DNA from: an uncultured Chloroflexia bacterium
GTDB lineage: Bacteria > Chloroflexota > Ktedonobacteria > Ktedonobacterales > JADMIN01
Length of the DNA stretch: 32,000 nucleotides
Direction: 5' to 3'
NCBI GenBank assembly: GCA_963718915.1
Contig: CAVRAI010000010.1
Location: 9,974 to 41,973 of the forward strand
Shown here: piece by piece, positions 7,655-15,837 of the stretch
Layout: every line of letters begins with the position of its first letter
Numbering within the stretch: position 1 is the first letter of the stretch
Notes under the pieces: generated by a model
The model's database searches: none
Seen by the model: the letters and a program-made list of their open reading frames with translations, nothing else
What the model was told of the DNA's origin: nothing
Made by a program: the position numbers and the translations under genes

Positions 7655-8653
7655 CTACTCGCTCCACCCCGCAGCCAGTCGTAGCAGGGTCTCACGATTG
7701 TCGGCCAGCCAGTCCTCGCGCCAGAGGGTCTGCTCAATGCGCTGCCTGAGAAAGTCGGCGGAGTCCAGCCCCTGTATGTAGCGCGTCATCCGATGGAGAA
7801 GTGAGCTTATGCTGCGCACCTGAAGCAGGGTGGGAAGCGCGGCTATCTCATCGTCGGTGAGGTGAATCTGGCTGGTGTAGCCCGTGCCCAGGGCGTTGAT
7901 GAGCGGCCATTCCTGACCGCTGCCGAGCAGTTCGATGGGCCACCAGCTGAGAGCAACGACAAGATCGAGGGCGCGCAGGTCGTACGTGCAGAATTCAAAG
8001 TCGAGCACCGCCGTCACAGTGGTTGCTTCCATCAGGATATTCGATGGTGCGTAGTCGCTGTGAACCATCTGGCAGGGCAGGGTCGCATAGAGCATCGGAA
8101 GCTCCGCATTGAGGCCATGATACAGGTCAGCGATCCGCTCTATCGCCGCCGCATCGCTGGTGAGCGTTGCCAGCGTCGTGATGGGGTCAGCCAGTGCTGG
8201 ATAGCGCCGCGTGAGATCGCCGAGCGGCGCGGGCATCCGGTCTCGCGGCAATGTGAGCGCGGCCAGCGCCTGGTCGAGTTGGCCGAGCGCCACAGCAGCC
8301 CCGAAGGCAGCCGCAGTATCCTGCCGGTCGGGATGGCCTCCCAATAGCCAGGGAAAGAGTGTGGCCATTTGACTACGCTGTTCGGCATCTGAAATCTCGA
8401 TATGGTAGTGACCAGCAGCGGTGGCGATGGGCGCTGGGATGGCAAAAGGCAGTCCCATATTTTGCAACGCGAGGAGGATCTGGAATTCCGCATCCAGGCG
8501 GGTGGCGTCCGCGTGATTGCGGTAGATACGCAAAACATATCGCCCACTGTCTGCGTCTACCAGATAGACGACATTGTTGGCCCCGCGCGTGAGCAGGGTC
8601 ATCCGCTGGGGAGCCAATGCTGGCCACGCGCCAACAAGCGCCGCGACATCCAT
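7655..8653 (-). CDS. Phosphotransferase-family kinase (APH / homoserine-kinase type II-like fold)
   Basis: ORF 7655..8782 trimmed to the ATG at 8653 (MDVAALVGAW...). Contains GANNVVYLV..RYVLRIY (nucleotide-binding lobe), MVHSDYAPSNILM (HxDxxxxN catalytic loop) and VLDFEF (DFG-like). Confidence 0.75.
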   Translation of the reverse strand: MDVAALVGAWPALAPQRMTLLTRGANNVVYLVDADSGRYVLRIYRNHADATRLDAEFQILLALQNMGLPFAIPAPIATAAGHYHIEISDAEQRSQMATLFPWLLGGHPDRQDTAAAFGAAVALGQLDQALAALTLPRDRMPAPLGDLTRRYPALADPITTLATLTSDAAAIERIADLYHGLNAELPMLYATLPCQMVHSDYAPSNILMEATTVTAVLDFEFCTYDLRALDLVVALSWWPIELLGSGQEWPLINALGTGYTSQIHLTDDEIAALPTLLQVRSISSLLHRMTRYIQGLDSADFLRQRIEQTLWREDWLADNRETLLRLAAGWSE

Positions 8654-8696
8654 AGCTGAAAACTCCGTACGTTCAATACATGGCAGGGTTGATCTG

Positions 8697-9155
8697 ATGG
8701 AAGAGAACGCGGTGATCGCTACGCGAGGCCGACGACGCAGGATACCACGGCGGCTCGTTGTGTTGCTGGTCGCGCTGCTCATCGTGGCGGCGGGCGTCTG
8801 GGTCGCGTTTCAGCCGCGCGTGGCGAACCACTTCAGTTATGCGCTGCCGGGTAGGGATGGCCTGCCGACCTACATCTATGCGCATGGGCGGCGCTACCAT
8901 TCGCTTCAGGTATGCGCCGGAGACGACTGGTGTCAGCGGGATCGCCTACAGCAGCTTATCCCGCGTTGCTACACGCAGGCCGATTTACAGGCGATGCATA
9001 TTTGGCCACTGGCACAGGTGAGCACGATGCTCACGCTGTTTGGCGCGCCGCAGCCTATTCTCTCGCCTCCGGGTGAGAGTGGCGTGATGCAATCGTTCGT
9101 GATGGCCGACGGCCCGGACTGCTATGTCATGTATGGGATGGAAGGCGGCATGTAG
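8697..9155 (+). CDS. Hypothetical N-terminally anchored protein with four Cys
   Basis: ORF 8574..9155 trimmed to the ATG at 8697 (MEENAVIATRGRRRRIPRRLVVLLVALLIVAAGVWV...). Arg-rich segment plus one TM helix, then a roughly 110-aa domain. No motif recognised. Confidence 0.5.
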   Translation: MEENAVIATRGRRRRIPRRLVVLLVALLIVAAGVWVAFQPRVANHFSYALPGRDGLPTYIYAHGRRYHSLQVCAGDDWCQRDRLQQLIPRCYTQADLQAMHIWPLAQVSTMLTLFGAPQPILSPPGESGVMQSFVMADGPDCYVMYGMEGGM

Positions 9156-9167
9156 CGGTCAATCGGT

Positions 9168-10379
9168 TTATGGATAGCTGGCAGCGCGTAAGTCCTGGTT
9201 GGTCCATGCCCAGAGGACACCATCGCCGGGGCCGGGATAGTAGCGGATCGCGGCGGACGATCCAGGAGCGGGGCCAAGCGATTGCCATGACTGAGCGCCG
9301 GGCGCCAGGCGATATTCCCACTCCGTCGCGGGGTCGTTAGGGCTATTGGAGGTTGCCAGAATCGCCCCATCGTCGGCGAGCGCGAAGACATCCGTTGGCG
9401 AGACGAACGTGCCTTTCACATTGGTGAATGACAGATTAAGCGCTGGGGCAGACTGCCAGGTCTGGCCGCCGTCTATCGAACATGCGAGTGTATTGGGCAG
9501 CGGGTTTTTGAGGTTCAGGTCATCATCATTGGCGACACACAGATGCCATGGCGTATCAGTTACAGGCGCCTGCACGACGGTTTCCGCGCTGGGCATGGCC
9601 AAATACGGAACAGCGATCTTTGCCCAGTGCACGCCAGCATCGGCGCTCGACCAGAAGACACTGGCATCTTTCACAAGTAGCGCGCCGTTCACCGGATTCA
9701 GCCAGAAGTCATTGCTATCAAAGCCACTGAAGTCCCCAATGCCCTGTAAGATCGGGCGCCAGGTGCGCATCTGATCGTTGCTGACCACTAGCTCGGGAAC
9801 TTCCTCGTCCTGCTGACCGTGAACGACGCGCAGGTAGCCATAGATGACGCCCGCAAGCGTGGAGAACTGGAAGGCCAGATAAGGCTGCTGCTTTGAGAGT
9901 TGACGCCAGGCGCTTCCACCGTCGAACGTCACGTAGCTGGTGTATAAGCTTACGGGAGGCGACGCGCCCAGCTTGGCCGCGACCACAGCCACTACGGCAG
10001 TATTTGGCTGGAGGCCATCCACAGTTGGATAGCATTGGTTTGTTCCCATGGACACCGAGATGTCGCCAACATGCGTCCAGTGCGCGGCGCGGTCTCGTGT
10101 GACCCAAACCGCAACGCGCGAACTGCCATTCGCCATACACATATAGGCGATATCGCCATCACCTGGCGCGACGGTGACAACACCCTCTGGATAGCTGACG
10201 ACGCCATCACCTGGGTAGGTCACGGCGTGCCAGGTGAGCGGAAGGCTGCTGGATGGGGTGTGGGTCACGGTCGCATGGGCGCTCGGATTCGTGGCCGCTG
10301 ACTGGCCACACGCCGCTATGAGTAGCAGCGGAAACGCGAGGGCGGGAAACGCGAACAGCTTGTGGCGTGGCCGGTTCAT
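9168..10379 (-). CDS. Lipoprotein with Asp-box (BNR) repeats; predicted beta-propeller
   Basis: ORF 9168..10478 trimmed to the ATG at 10379, preceded by GGAAGGAG. Signal peptide with lipobox LLLIAAC. Five Asp-box-like motifs: TRDRAAHW, TFDGGSAW, SNDQMRTW, SADAGVHW, SIDGGQTW. Confidence 0.7.
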   Translation of the reverse strand: MNRPRHKLFAFPALAFPLLLIAACGQSAATNPSAHATVTHTPSSSLPLTWHAVTYPGDGVVSYPEGVVTVAPGDGDIAYMCMANGSSRVAVWVTRDRAAHWTHVGDISVSMGTNQCYPTVDGLQPNTAVVAVVAAKLGASPPVSLYTSYVTFDGGSAWRQLSKQQPYLAFQFSTLAGVIYGYLRVVHGQQDEEVPELVVSNDQMRTWRPILQGIGDFSGFDSNDFWLNPVNGALLVKDASVFWSSADAGVHWAKIAVPYLAMPSAETVVQAPVTDTPWHLCVANDDDLNLKNPLPNTLACSIDGGQTWQSAPALNLSFTNVKGTFVSPTDVFALADDGAILATSNSPNDPATEWEYRLAPGAQSWQSLGPAPGSSAAIRYYPGPGDGVLWAWTNQDLRAASYP

Positions 10380-10559
10380 TGCCTCGCTCCTTCCAGGAGA
10401 GAAGCCAGGCGTATCGGTTATTGTTACCCGACGGTTTGGGTTGGCTTCTACCTGTATTAGACGAAAGACGCGGGCCATCTGTGCATGATGCTAATCGCTG
10501 TCTTTTGGGAGGAGGGCGCTATTCATTGCCCGAACGTTGCGCCTGGACGACCAATGCCA

Positions 10560-11144
10560 CTAGATGGGCACTTCCCAGACGGGGAACCAGCGCTCCAGCT
10601 CCGGCTCGACGGGCAGTTCTTTGCCGATGGCGGCGTTCAGTCGCATCTCCTCGGCGTTGTCGCGTCGGCGCTGGGGATCGTTGATATCGGTTTCGGGGAC
10701 GAACGGATAGAAGTAGCCGCGCTTGTAGTTGTACATCCAGTAGACTTCGTGGCCCTTCTCATCCTTGAAGGCGAACATCGCGAACATCAGCATGCTGCCA
10801 TAGCCCTTCGAGAGCAGCGTCTCGCTGGCGACGTGCAGTGTGGTGACGAGCGCCTGGAAGTCTTTGCCGCTGAAGATAAACCAGCGATAGTTGAACTTAT
10901 CCTCGAAGGGCTTGATGCTCAGTTGATCGTCGCGGCTCGTCAGTTCGAGCAGTTGCTCCAGTTCCTTCTGGATATCTTTGAACGGGCCAGATGCGACACC
11001 CTTGAAGCAGATCGCCGCGTTGCCAGTTGGCGTCAGGTGCTGGTCGGTTTCGAGCGTCAGTTGCGCCGTGGACATGGCGAACAGCCGCTCCGGGCCAACC
11101 GGAACCGGCTTTTGGCGACCGAACAGTGTGTCGAAGAAGCCCAT
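10560..11144 (-). CDS. Conserved soluble protein downstream of htpX; resembles what I recall as the PspA-associated PspAB family
   Basis: 194 aa. GGAGA lies 7 nt upstream of the ATG at 11144. MGFFDTLFGRQKPVPVGPERLFAMSTAQLTLE... has a balanced composition, unlike the antisense ORF 10485..11147. The family name is from memory. Confidence 0.65.
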   Translation of the reverse strand: MGFFDTLFGRQKPVPVGPERLFAMSTAQLTLETDQHLTPTGNAAICFKGVASGPFKDIQKELEQLLELTSRDDQLSIKPFEDKFNYRWFIFSGKDFQALVTTLHVASETLLSKGYGSMLMFAMFAFKDEKGHEVYWMYNYKRGYFYPFVPETDINDPQRRRDNAEEMRLNAAIGKELPVEPELERWFPVWEVPI

Positions 11145-11241
11145 TGATATATCTCCAATGTATGCGTGCCGATAGTGATGTTAGTGTATAACATGGCGAA
11201 GAATGGGGCCAACGGGCGTCTTTTGCCTACTGGGCGACGCT

Positions 11242-11282
11242 CGCCGTAGCCTGAAGGCTACGGCTAATCCTGATCCACTCGT
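11242..11282 (+). repeat. Hairpin repeat family 1, copy C (intact)
   Basis: ggcgacgctcgCCGTAGCC-tgaa-GGCTACGG-CTAATCCTGA. Perfect 8-bp stem (11253-11260 / 11265-11272). Confidence 0.9.
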
Positions 11283-11369
11283 GTTCGCCTTCTACAAGCA
11301 AAGAAGCTCAACGCACGAGACTAGCCGCACTCTACGGGCCGCTGGCGCTACGCTCGCGCGCCTGCGGGC

Positions 11370-11400
11370 TTCAGCCTGCGGCCTGCTCGCCTCACAGTCA
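11370..11400 (-). repeat. Hairpin repeat family 1, copy D (no CTAAT tail)
   Basis: CCTGCGGGC-ttca-GCCTGCGG-cctgctcgcc. 8 bp including two G-U pairs. The head motif gctcgcc is conserved. Confidence 0.7.
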
Positions 11401-11414
11401 AACCTCGCCATTCC

Positions 11415-11489
11415 GATCCGCTCGATCCGCTGCCGATCCGCTGCCGATCCGCTGCCGATCCGCTGCCGATCCGCTGCCGATCCGCTGCC
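11415..11489. repeat. Tandem repeat: 11-bp unit GATCCGCTGCC, 6 perfect copies plus one truncated copy
   Basis: Perfect copies at 11424, 11435, 11446, 11457, 11468 and 11479, preceded by gatccgctc (11415-11423). The array ends 7 nt from the htpX stop codon (11497-11499). An 11-bp period is not a multiple of 3. Confidence 0.95.
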
Positions 11490-11496
11490 ATTGCCA

Positions 11497-12459
11497 TTAC
11501 AGATTGCGCGCGCTCTCCATCTGCTGCTGCATCTCCTGCAACTGCGCCAGTCGCTTCTCCAGCGAGGGGTGTGTCGAGAAGAGCGTCGCCAGCGAATCGC
11601 CCTTGAGCGCGGGCACGATGAACAATGCATTGACCGCTGTCGCCTGCCGGAAGTCTTTCGCCGGAATACGGTTACCTTCGATGGTGCCGCTAATGCGCAT
11701 CAGCGCCGAGGCCAGATGCTCTGGTGCGCCGGTAATCAGCGCCGAGCCGCGGTCAGCCGCCAGTTCGCGATAGCGCGAGAGTGCGCGGATCAGGATGAAG
11801 CTGATGACATACGTGACGACCGACGCCAGAATCGCGATCAGCACGATCATGCCGCCGTTGTCGTTGTTGCCACCGCCACGACGCCCATAGCCACCGCCCA
11901 TGCCGCCAAACATCGCGGACCACATGAAGCTACGCACCAGCAGCGCGGCGATCATCGAGAAGAACGTCGCAATCGTCATCACCAGCATGTCGCGGTTGAT
12001 GATGTGTGTCAACTCGTGCGCGACCACCGCCTCGATCTCTGGCTGTGACAGCCCACTGCCCTGCATGAGGCCGGTCGTGATGGCAACCACAGCATGATTG
12101 GCGTCGCGTCCCGTGGCGAAGGCGTTCGGAATCGAAGTCTCGACGATAGCAATCTTCGGCTTGGGCAGATTGGCCTGCGCCGCCAGCCGACCGATCATAT
12201 CGTGAAGCTGTGGCGCCTGCTGTTCATCGACAAATTGCGCCTTCATCGAAGAAAGCGCGATCTTATCGGAGAAGAACAGCTGGAAGCCAGCAATCAATAG
12301 CGCGCCGATAATAAGCAGCGGCCAGGGTATGTGAACCACAAATCCCAGGACACCGACGAAGGCGACGTAAACCAATCCCAGCAGAAACATGGTCAGCACC
12401 ATGCGTGCCGCTAACCCGGCGTCTGGCTTATACCAGCGTGGTTTTCCCTGCGTTGCCAT
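11497..12459 (-). CDS. htpX: HtpX-type M48 zinc metalloprotease
   Basis: ORF 11497..12465 starts at TTG. I prefer the ATG at 12459, 8 nt after GAGGAG. Contains two N-terminal TM helices, NAFATG, the HELTHIINRD (HExxH) motif, a Gly-rich insert and a C-terminal STHPSLEKRLAQL. Confidence 0.9.
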   Translation of the reverse strand: MATQGKPRWYKPDAGLAARMVLTMFLLGLVYVAFVGVLGFVVHIPWPLLIIGALLIAGFQLFFSDKIALSSMKAQFVDEQQAPQLHDMIGRLAAQANLPKPKIAIVETSIPNAFATGRDANHAVVAITTGLMQGSGLSQPEIEAVVAHELTHIINRDMLVMTIATFFSMIAALLVRSFMWSAMFGGMGGGYGRRGGGNNDNGGMIVLIAILASVVTYVISFILIRALSRYRELAADRGSALITGAPEHLASALMRISGTIEGNRIPAKDFRQATAVNALFIVPALKGDSLATLFSTHPSLEKRLAQLQEMQQQMESARNL

Positions 12460-12725
12460 GCTCAAAGCTCCTCAGCGACTCATGCCTCCAAGGCGCACTC
12501 GCTGTATGTGTTCGCGACAGAATCCAGTGCGCGCCAGCAATCCATCCGCGATCCTGCCCCCTGCTGGCGCACACACTCATCAGGTATACGCTTCAGTCCG
12601 GTCACGAGTAGCATAGCGCAATAGCCATGCCCAGTCCAGTTTATCGCGATTGGATGAGAAGGTTCCAATCTCCCGGCGAATCTTGTCTTCGAGGCTTATT
12701 GTTTATTGCTGAAAGGAAGGATTAC

Positions 12726-13607
12726 ATGTCCAAATCGATTCGTTTTGGTGTTGTCAGCAGTGGGGCGCCTTCGCACGATGAGTGGGTCGCGCTGGCGCGC
12801 CGGGTGGAGGCGCTTGGCTATTCCAGCCTGCTGATGCCAGATCGCCTGATGACGTCGTTGGCTCCGTGGACAGCACTGGCGACTGCCGCCGCCGCGACCA
12901 CTACGCTGCGTATCGGCAGCCATGTCTTCGCCAACGATTATCGCCATCCCGTTATCCTGGCGCACGAGGCTGCGACGCTGGATGTGCTCTCGAATGGTCG
13001 CTTTGAGCTGGGACTTGGCGCGGGCGTTGGCCAACCCGACTACGACCAGATGGGGCTGCCGTTCGATAGCCCCGGCGTGCGGGTCAGTCGAGTGGCGGAG
13101 GCGCTGCGGATCATCAAACTGTACTTTACCGGGGATGTCGTCAACTTCAGCGGCGCGCATTATACGGTTACTGGCCTGCGCGGCCAGCCTAGACCGGTTC
13201 AGCAGCCACACCCGCCCATCTTCATCGGCAGCTCGGGCAGGCGCATGCTGACCCTCGCCGCGCGCGAGGCGAACAGCATTGGCCCGGAAGTCTGGCCAGC
13301 GCGACCAGGAGAAACCAGAGTCGATGTGTCGCGAGAGGACAAAGTGGAATGGATTCGCGAGGCTGCCGGGGAACGATTCGACCAGTTAGAGCTCTGCCAG
13401 ACGATCTTTGACATCGTGATAACAGATAGTCCTAGCCCGGCTGTGCAGCCACGCTGGTCATCCATGCCGCCACGGGAAATGACCACCGAACAGGCGATCA
13501 CGTACCTGCGCGACCAATACGAGCGTGTCGGCTTCTCATATTTCCACGCATCTGAGTCGCAACTGGAAAATCTCGCGCCTGTCGTCGCCCACCTGGCTAC
13601 CTCATAA
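12726..13607 (+). CDS. Luciferase-like monooxygenase (LLM) class, probably F420-dependent oxidoreductase
   Basis: ORF 12627..13607 trimmed to the ATG at 12726, preceded by GAAAGGAAGG. MSKSIRFGVV...GYSSLLMPDRL...LRIGSHVFANDYRHPVILAHEAATLDVLSNGRFELGLGAG... is an LLM-type TIM-barrel pattern. Confidence 0.75.
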   Translation: MSKSIRFGVVSSGAPSHDEWVALARRVEALGYSSLLMPDRLMTSLAPWTALATAAAATTTLRIGSHVFANDYRHPVILAHEAATLDVLSNGRFELGLGAGVGQPDYDQMGLPFDSPGVRVSRVAEALRIIKLYFTGDVVNFSGAHYTVTGLRGQPRPVQQPHPPIFIGSSGRRMLTLAAREANSIGPEVWPARPGETRVDVSREDKVEWIREAAGERFDQLELCQTIFDIVITDSPSPAVQPRWSSMPPREMTTEQAITYLRDQYERVGFSYFHASESQLENLAPVVAHLATS

Positions 13608-13645
13608 GGTGAAGCGCAACCGCCAGGGCAACGGACAACGAAAAA

Positions 13646-13673
13646 GCCACCGGAAGTATCGGACTCCGGTGGC
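13646..13673. terminator. Hairpin between convergent genes (possible bidirectional terminator)
   Basis: aaaaaGCCACCGGA-agtatcggac-TCCGGTGGC. 9-bp stem with an A-run on the 5' side. Confidence 0.45.
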
Positions 13674-13681
13674 CTCGCGCG

Positions 13682-14029
13682 CTAGTCTTTGTTCTGGCGC
13701 TCTTTCTCTTTCAGCGCTTTGTAATACTGACGCGACCGCGGATGGCGCTCGCTATCCTCGTAGGCTGGCCGCACGTCGTCGTCGCTGGGTTTTCGCCCCT
13801 CCAGGCCGTCAATGATTTCTTGCAGGTCATTATAGATGGCGTAATTATCAATTGCTTCGCGCTGGCGCAGGAGGTGGCGCAGCATCATCATCTGGGAGAA
13901 TGAGGTCGAGCTGTTCCGCTCGGATTCGGCGCGTTTGATGAATTTATCGACCAGGTCAATCGAGTCTTCGTTTGCGCCATTCTGTTCGAGTTGCTCGCGG
14001 ATGGCCTCTAACTGTTCGTATGCATTCAT
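13682..14029 (-). CDS. Hypothetical small helical, charged protein
   Basis: ORF 13682..14131 trimmed to the ATG at 14029, preceded by GGGAGCGAGGAAG. MNAYEQLEAIREQLEQNGANEDSIDLVDKFIKRAESE... No motif recognised. More AT-rich than its neighbours. Confidence 0.55.
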   Translation of the reverse strand: MNAYEQLEAIREQLEQNGANEDSIDLVDKFIKRAESERNSSTSFSQMMMLRHLLRQREAIDNYAIYNDLQEIIDGLEGRKPSDDDVRPAYEDSERHPRSRQYYKALKEKERQNKD

Positions 14030-14101
14030 CGCTTCCTCGCTCCCTTCAGGCGTACTCTCGTGTGTCTGGCACAGAATGCGCGATGGGCATTCCAGCAAGT
14101 C

Positions 14102-14131
14102 ATTATATCGCATAGAAAAAAACGGTGTCAT
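14102..14131 (-). promoter_or_regulatory. Candidate sigma70-type promoter for the gene 13682..14029
   Basis: On the minus strand: ATGACA, an 18-nt spacer, then TATAAT. On the plus strand these read tgtcat (14126-14131) and attata (14102-14107). Confidence 0.5.
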
Positions 14132-14136
14132 GCCGA

Positions 14137-14182
14137 CGTGCCATTATCGTGCCATTATCGTGCCAACGCTCTGCCATAGCGC
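14137..14182 (+). promoter_or_regulatory. Phased direct repeats: TGCCA x4 at exactly 11-bp spacing
   Basis: cGTGCCATTAT cGTGCCATTAT cGTGCCAACGC tcTGCCATAGC. TGCCA starts at 14139, 14150, 14161 and 14172. The array lies between divergent genes and abuts the -35 of the minus-strand promoter. Confidence 0.55.
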
Positions 14183-14258
14183 GCATGGTATGCTCTGTGT
14201 AGCGTAAGCGGCGTCGGCGTGGAATACGTTGCCTGAAGAACAGGATAGGAGGCGTCAG

Positions 14259-14591
14259 GTGTTCTATCGCCGCGACCGCCCGGCGTCGCTCGCCGTGACG
14301 GTGATCCTCTTGATGCTCTGGCTCCTGCTGGCGGTCTATCTCATCACCCATCCCGATTTGGTCAGTATCATCGTGCTGGTGGTCACCGCGCTCTTCGCCG
14401 GATTCGCCGTCTTCGTCTCGTTTGTGGTACGGCGGGCGGAGAGTGAGCAGCCCGACGACCTCACCTACATGCCATCCAGAGATATGGCCAACGGCCACCA
14501 TCGCGTCATCCCAATGGCTGATGACACGCAGAACACCGATGCGAACACGATGCAACGGGAGATTCCAGACGAGGGAGGCGATACCCCATGA
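14259..14591 (+). CDS. Small two-TM membrane protein with an acidic tail
   Basis: The track ORF starts at 14229. I prefer GTG 14259, 6 nt after AGGAGG. (M)FYRRDRPASLAVTVILLMLWLLLAVYLITHPDLVSIIVLVVTALFAGFAVFVSFVV... Its stop overlaps the next gene's start (ATGA, 14588-14591). Confidence 0.6.
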   Translation: MFYRRDRPASLAVTVILLMLWLLLAVYLITHPDLVSIIVLVVTALFAGFAVFVSFVVRRAESEQPDDLTYMPSRDMANGHHRVIPMADDTQNTDANTMQREIPDEGGDTP

Positions 14592-15778
14592 GCGATGCCG
14601 CGCCACGCATGTACGGAACCGAGCGCCAGATGCAGATCTATCTGGCGGGCATGCAGGGACAACGCCCAACGACGCCGATGACCTACGAGCAACTGGAGGA
14701 GCAGGCGCGCCAGCGGCTGAGCGCTGAGGCGTTCGGCTACGTGGCGGGCGGCGCGGGCGGCGAGGAGACTATGCGGGCCAATCGCGCGGCGTTCGAGCGC
14801 TGGCAGATTGTCCCACGCATGCTGCGGGACGTCAGCCAGCGCGATCTGCGGGTACAGGTGCTGGGAGCGTCCATGCCCGCGCCGGTGATGCTCGCGCCCA
14901 TCGGGGTGCAGTCTATCGTCCATCCCGAGGCGGAGGTGGCGGTTGCGCGGGCGGCGGCCTCGATTGGTGTGCCGTTCATCCTCAGCACGGCATCCTCGAA
15001 GACGATGGAAGAGGTGGCCCAGGCGGCGGACGCGGCGGGCACTGCGCCGCGCTGGTACCAGCTCTACTGGGGGCGCGATCCCGAGTTGACGGCGAGCTTT
15101 CTCAGCCGTGCCGAAAAGGCGGGCTATAGCGCCATCGTCGTGACGCTCGATACGCCGATACTGAGCTGGCGCGAGCGCGATATCTCGCTGGCCTACCTGC
15201 CCTTCCTGCTGGGCGAGGGCATCGCCAACTATCTGAGCGATCCGGTCTTCCGCGCCTCGCTGCCCCAGCCGCCAGAAGATAATCCGCAGGCGGCGGTGAT
15301 GCGCTTCGTCCAGGTATTCTCTAACCCCACGCTGACCTGGGACGATTTGAAGTTCTTGCGCGAGCATACCAGCCTGCCATTGCTGCTCAAAGGCATCCTG
15401 CACCCTGAGGACGCCAGCCGGGCGCTGGATGCTGGCGCGGCGGGCATCATCGTCTCGAATCATGGTGGCCGCCAGGTGGATGGCGCGATTCCCGCGCTCG
15501 ACGCGCTGCCAGGTGTCGTCGCGGCGGTGCGGGGGCGCGCGCCGGTGCTCTTCGATAGCGGCATCCGGCGCGGGGCCGATGTCTTCCGCGCGGTGGCGCT
15601 GGGGGCGAGTGCGGTGCTGCTGGGGCGTCCCTACATGTGGGGGCTGACGCTCGGCGGCGAGGCGGGTGTGCGCGATGTCGTGCTCAATACGCTGGCCGAC
15701 CTCGACCTGACGCTGGCGCTCAGCGGCTACACCTCCTGCGCGCAACTGACGCCGGAGGCGCTACGGCGCGCGGAGTAA
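14588..15778 (+). CDS. FMN-dependent alpha-hydroxy-acid oxidising enzyme (lactate 2-monooxygenase / lactate oxidase-like)
   Basis: 396 aa. ...RQMQIYLAGMQGQRP...YVAGGAGGEETMRANRAAFERWQIVPRML...WYQLYW...VVTLDTP...GIIVSNHGGRQVDG...DSGIRRGADVFRAVALGA. This is the classic glycolate-oxidase-fold pattern. Confidence 0.85.
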   Translation: MSDAAPRMYGTERQMQIYLAGMQGQRPTTPMTYEQLEEQARQRLSAEAFGYVAGGAGGEETMRANRAAFERWQIVPRMLRDVSQRDLRVQVLGASMPAPVMLAPIGVQSIVHPEAEVAVARAAASIGVPFILSTASSKTMEEVAQAADAAGTAPRWYQLYWGRDPELTASFLSRAEKAGYSAIVVTLDTPILSWRERDISLAYLPFLLGEGIANYLSDPVFRASLPQPPEDNPQAAVMRFVQVFSNPTLTWDDLKFLREHTSLPLLLKGILHPEDASRALDAGAAGIIVSNHGGRQVDGAIPALDALPGVVAAVRGRAPVLFDSGIRRGADVFRAVALGASAVLLGRPYMWGLTLGGEAGVRDVVLNTLADLDLTLALSGYTSCAQLTPEALRRAE

Positions 15779-15785
15779 GCTGGGC

Positions 15786-15830
15786 GGGCGAGGCAGACCG
15801 TAGCGTAAACGCTACGGCTAATTTCCGCGA
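15786..15830 (+). repeat. Hairpin repeat family 1, copy E (intact)
   Basis: ggcgaggcagaCCGTAGCG-taaa-CGCTACGG-CTAATTTCCGCGA. Begins 8 nt after the stop at 15778, between convergent genes. Confidence 0.9.
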
Positions 15831-15837
15831 TGCGCAA

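Noticed and set aside
8697-8790. Twin-arginine (Tat) signal in the RGRRRRIPRRLVVLL N-terminus
   Set aside because: It does not fit the S/T-R-R-x-F-L-K consensus and no signal-peptidase site is evident. An Arg-rich cytoplasmic anchor followed by a TM helix is more likely.
10485-11147. 220-aa plus-strand ORF opposite the PspAB-like gene
   Set aside because: Its composition is skewed (Arg, Leu, Glu, Gln, Ala) and it has no RBS. The minus-strand product has a balanced composition and a GGAGA RBS.
11415-11489. Whether the tandem repeat is a CRISPR array
   Set aside because: The units are 11 bp and directly abutting, with no spacers, and no cas genes are present. It is a microsatellite-type tandem repeat.
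11203-12048. 281-aa plus-strand ORF running through hairpin copies, the 11-bp tandem repeat and htpX antisense
   Set aside because: It translates repeat DNA (IRCRSAADPLP twice) and is antisense to htpX. The 11-bp period is incompatible with a conserved coding repeat.
14465-15745. 426-aa minus-strand ORF opposite the flavoenzyme gene
   Set aside because: Shadow ORF with extreme Arg/His/Ala/Pro content. The plus-strand product has the full glycolate-oxidase-family pattern.
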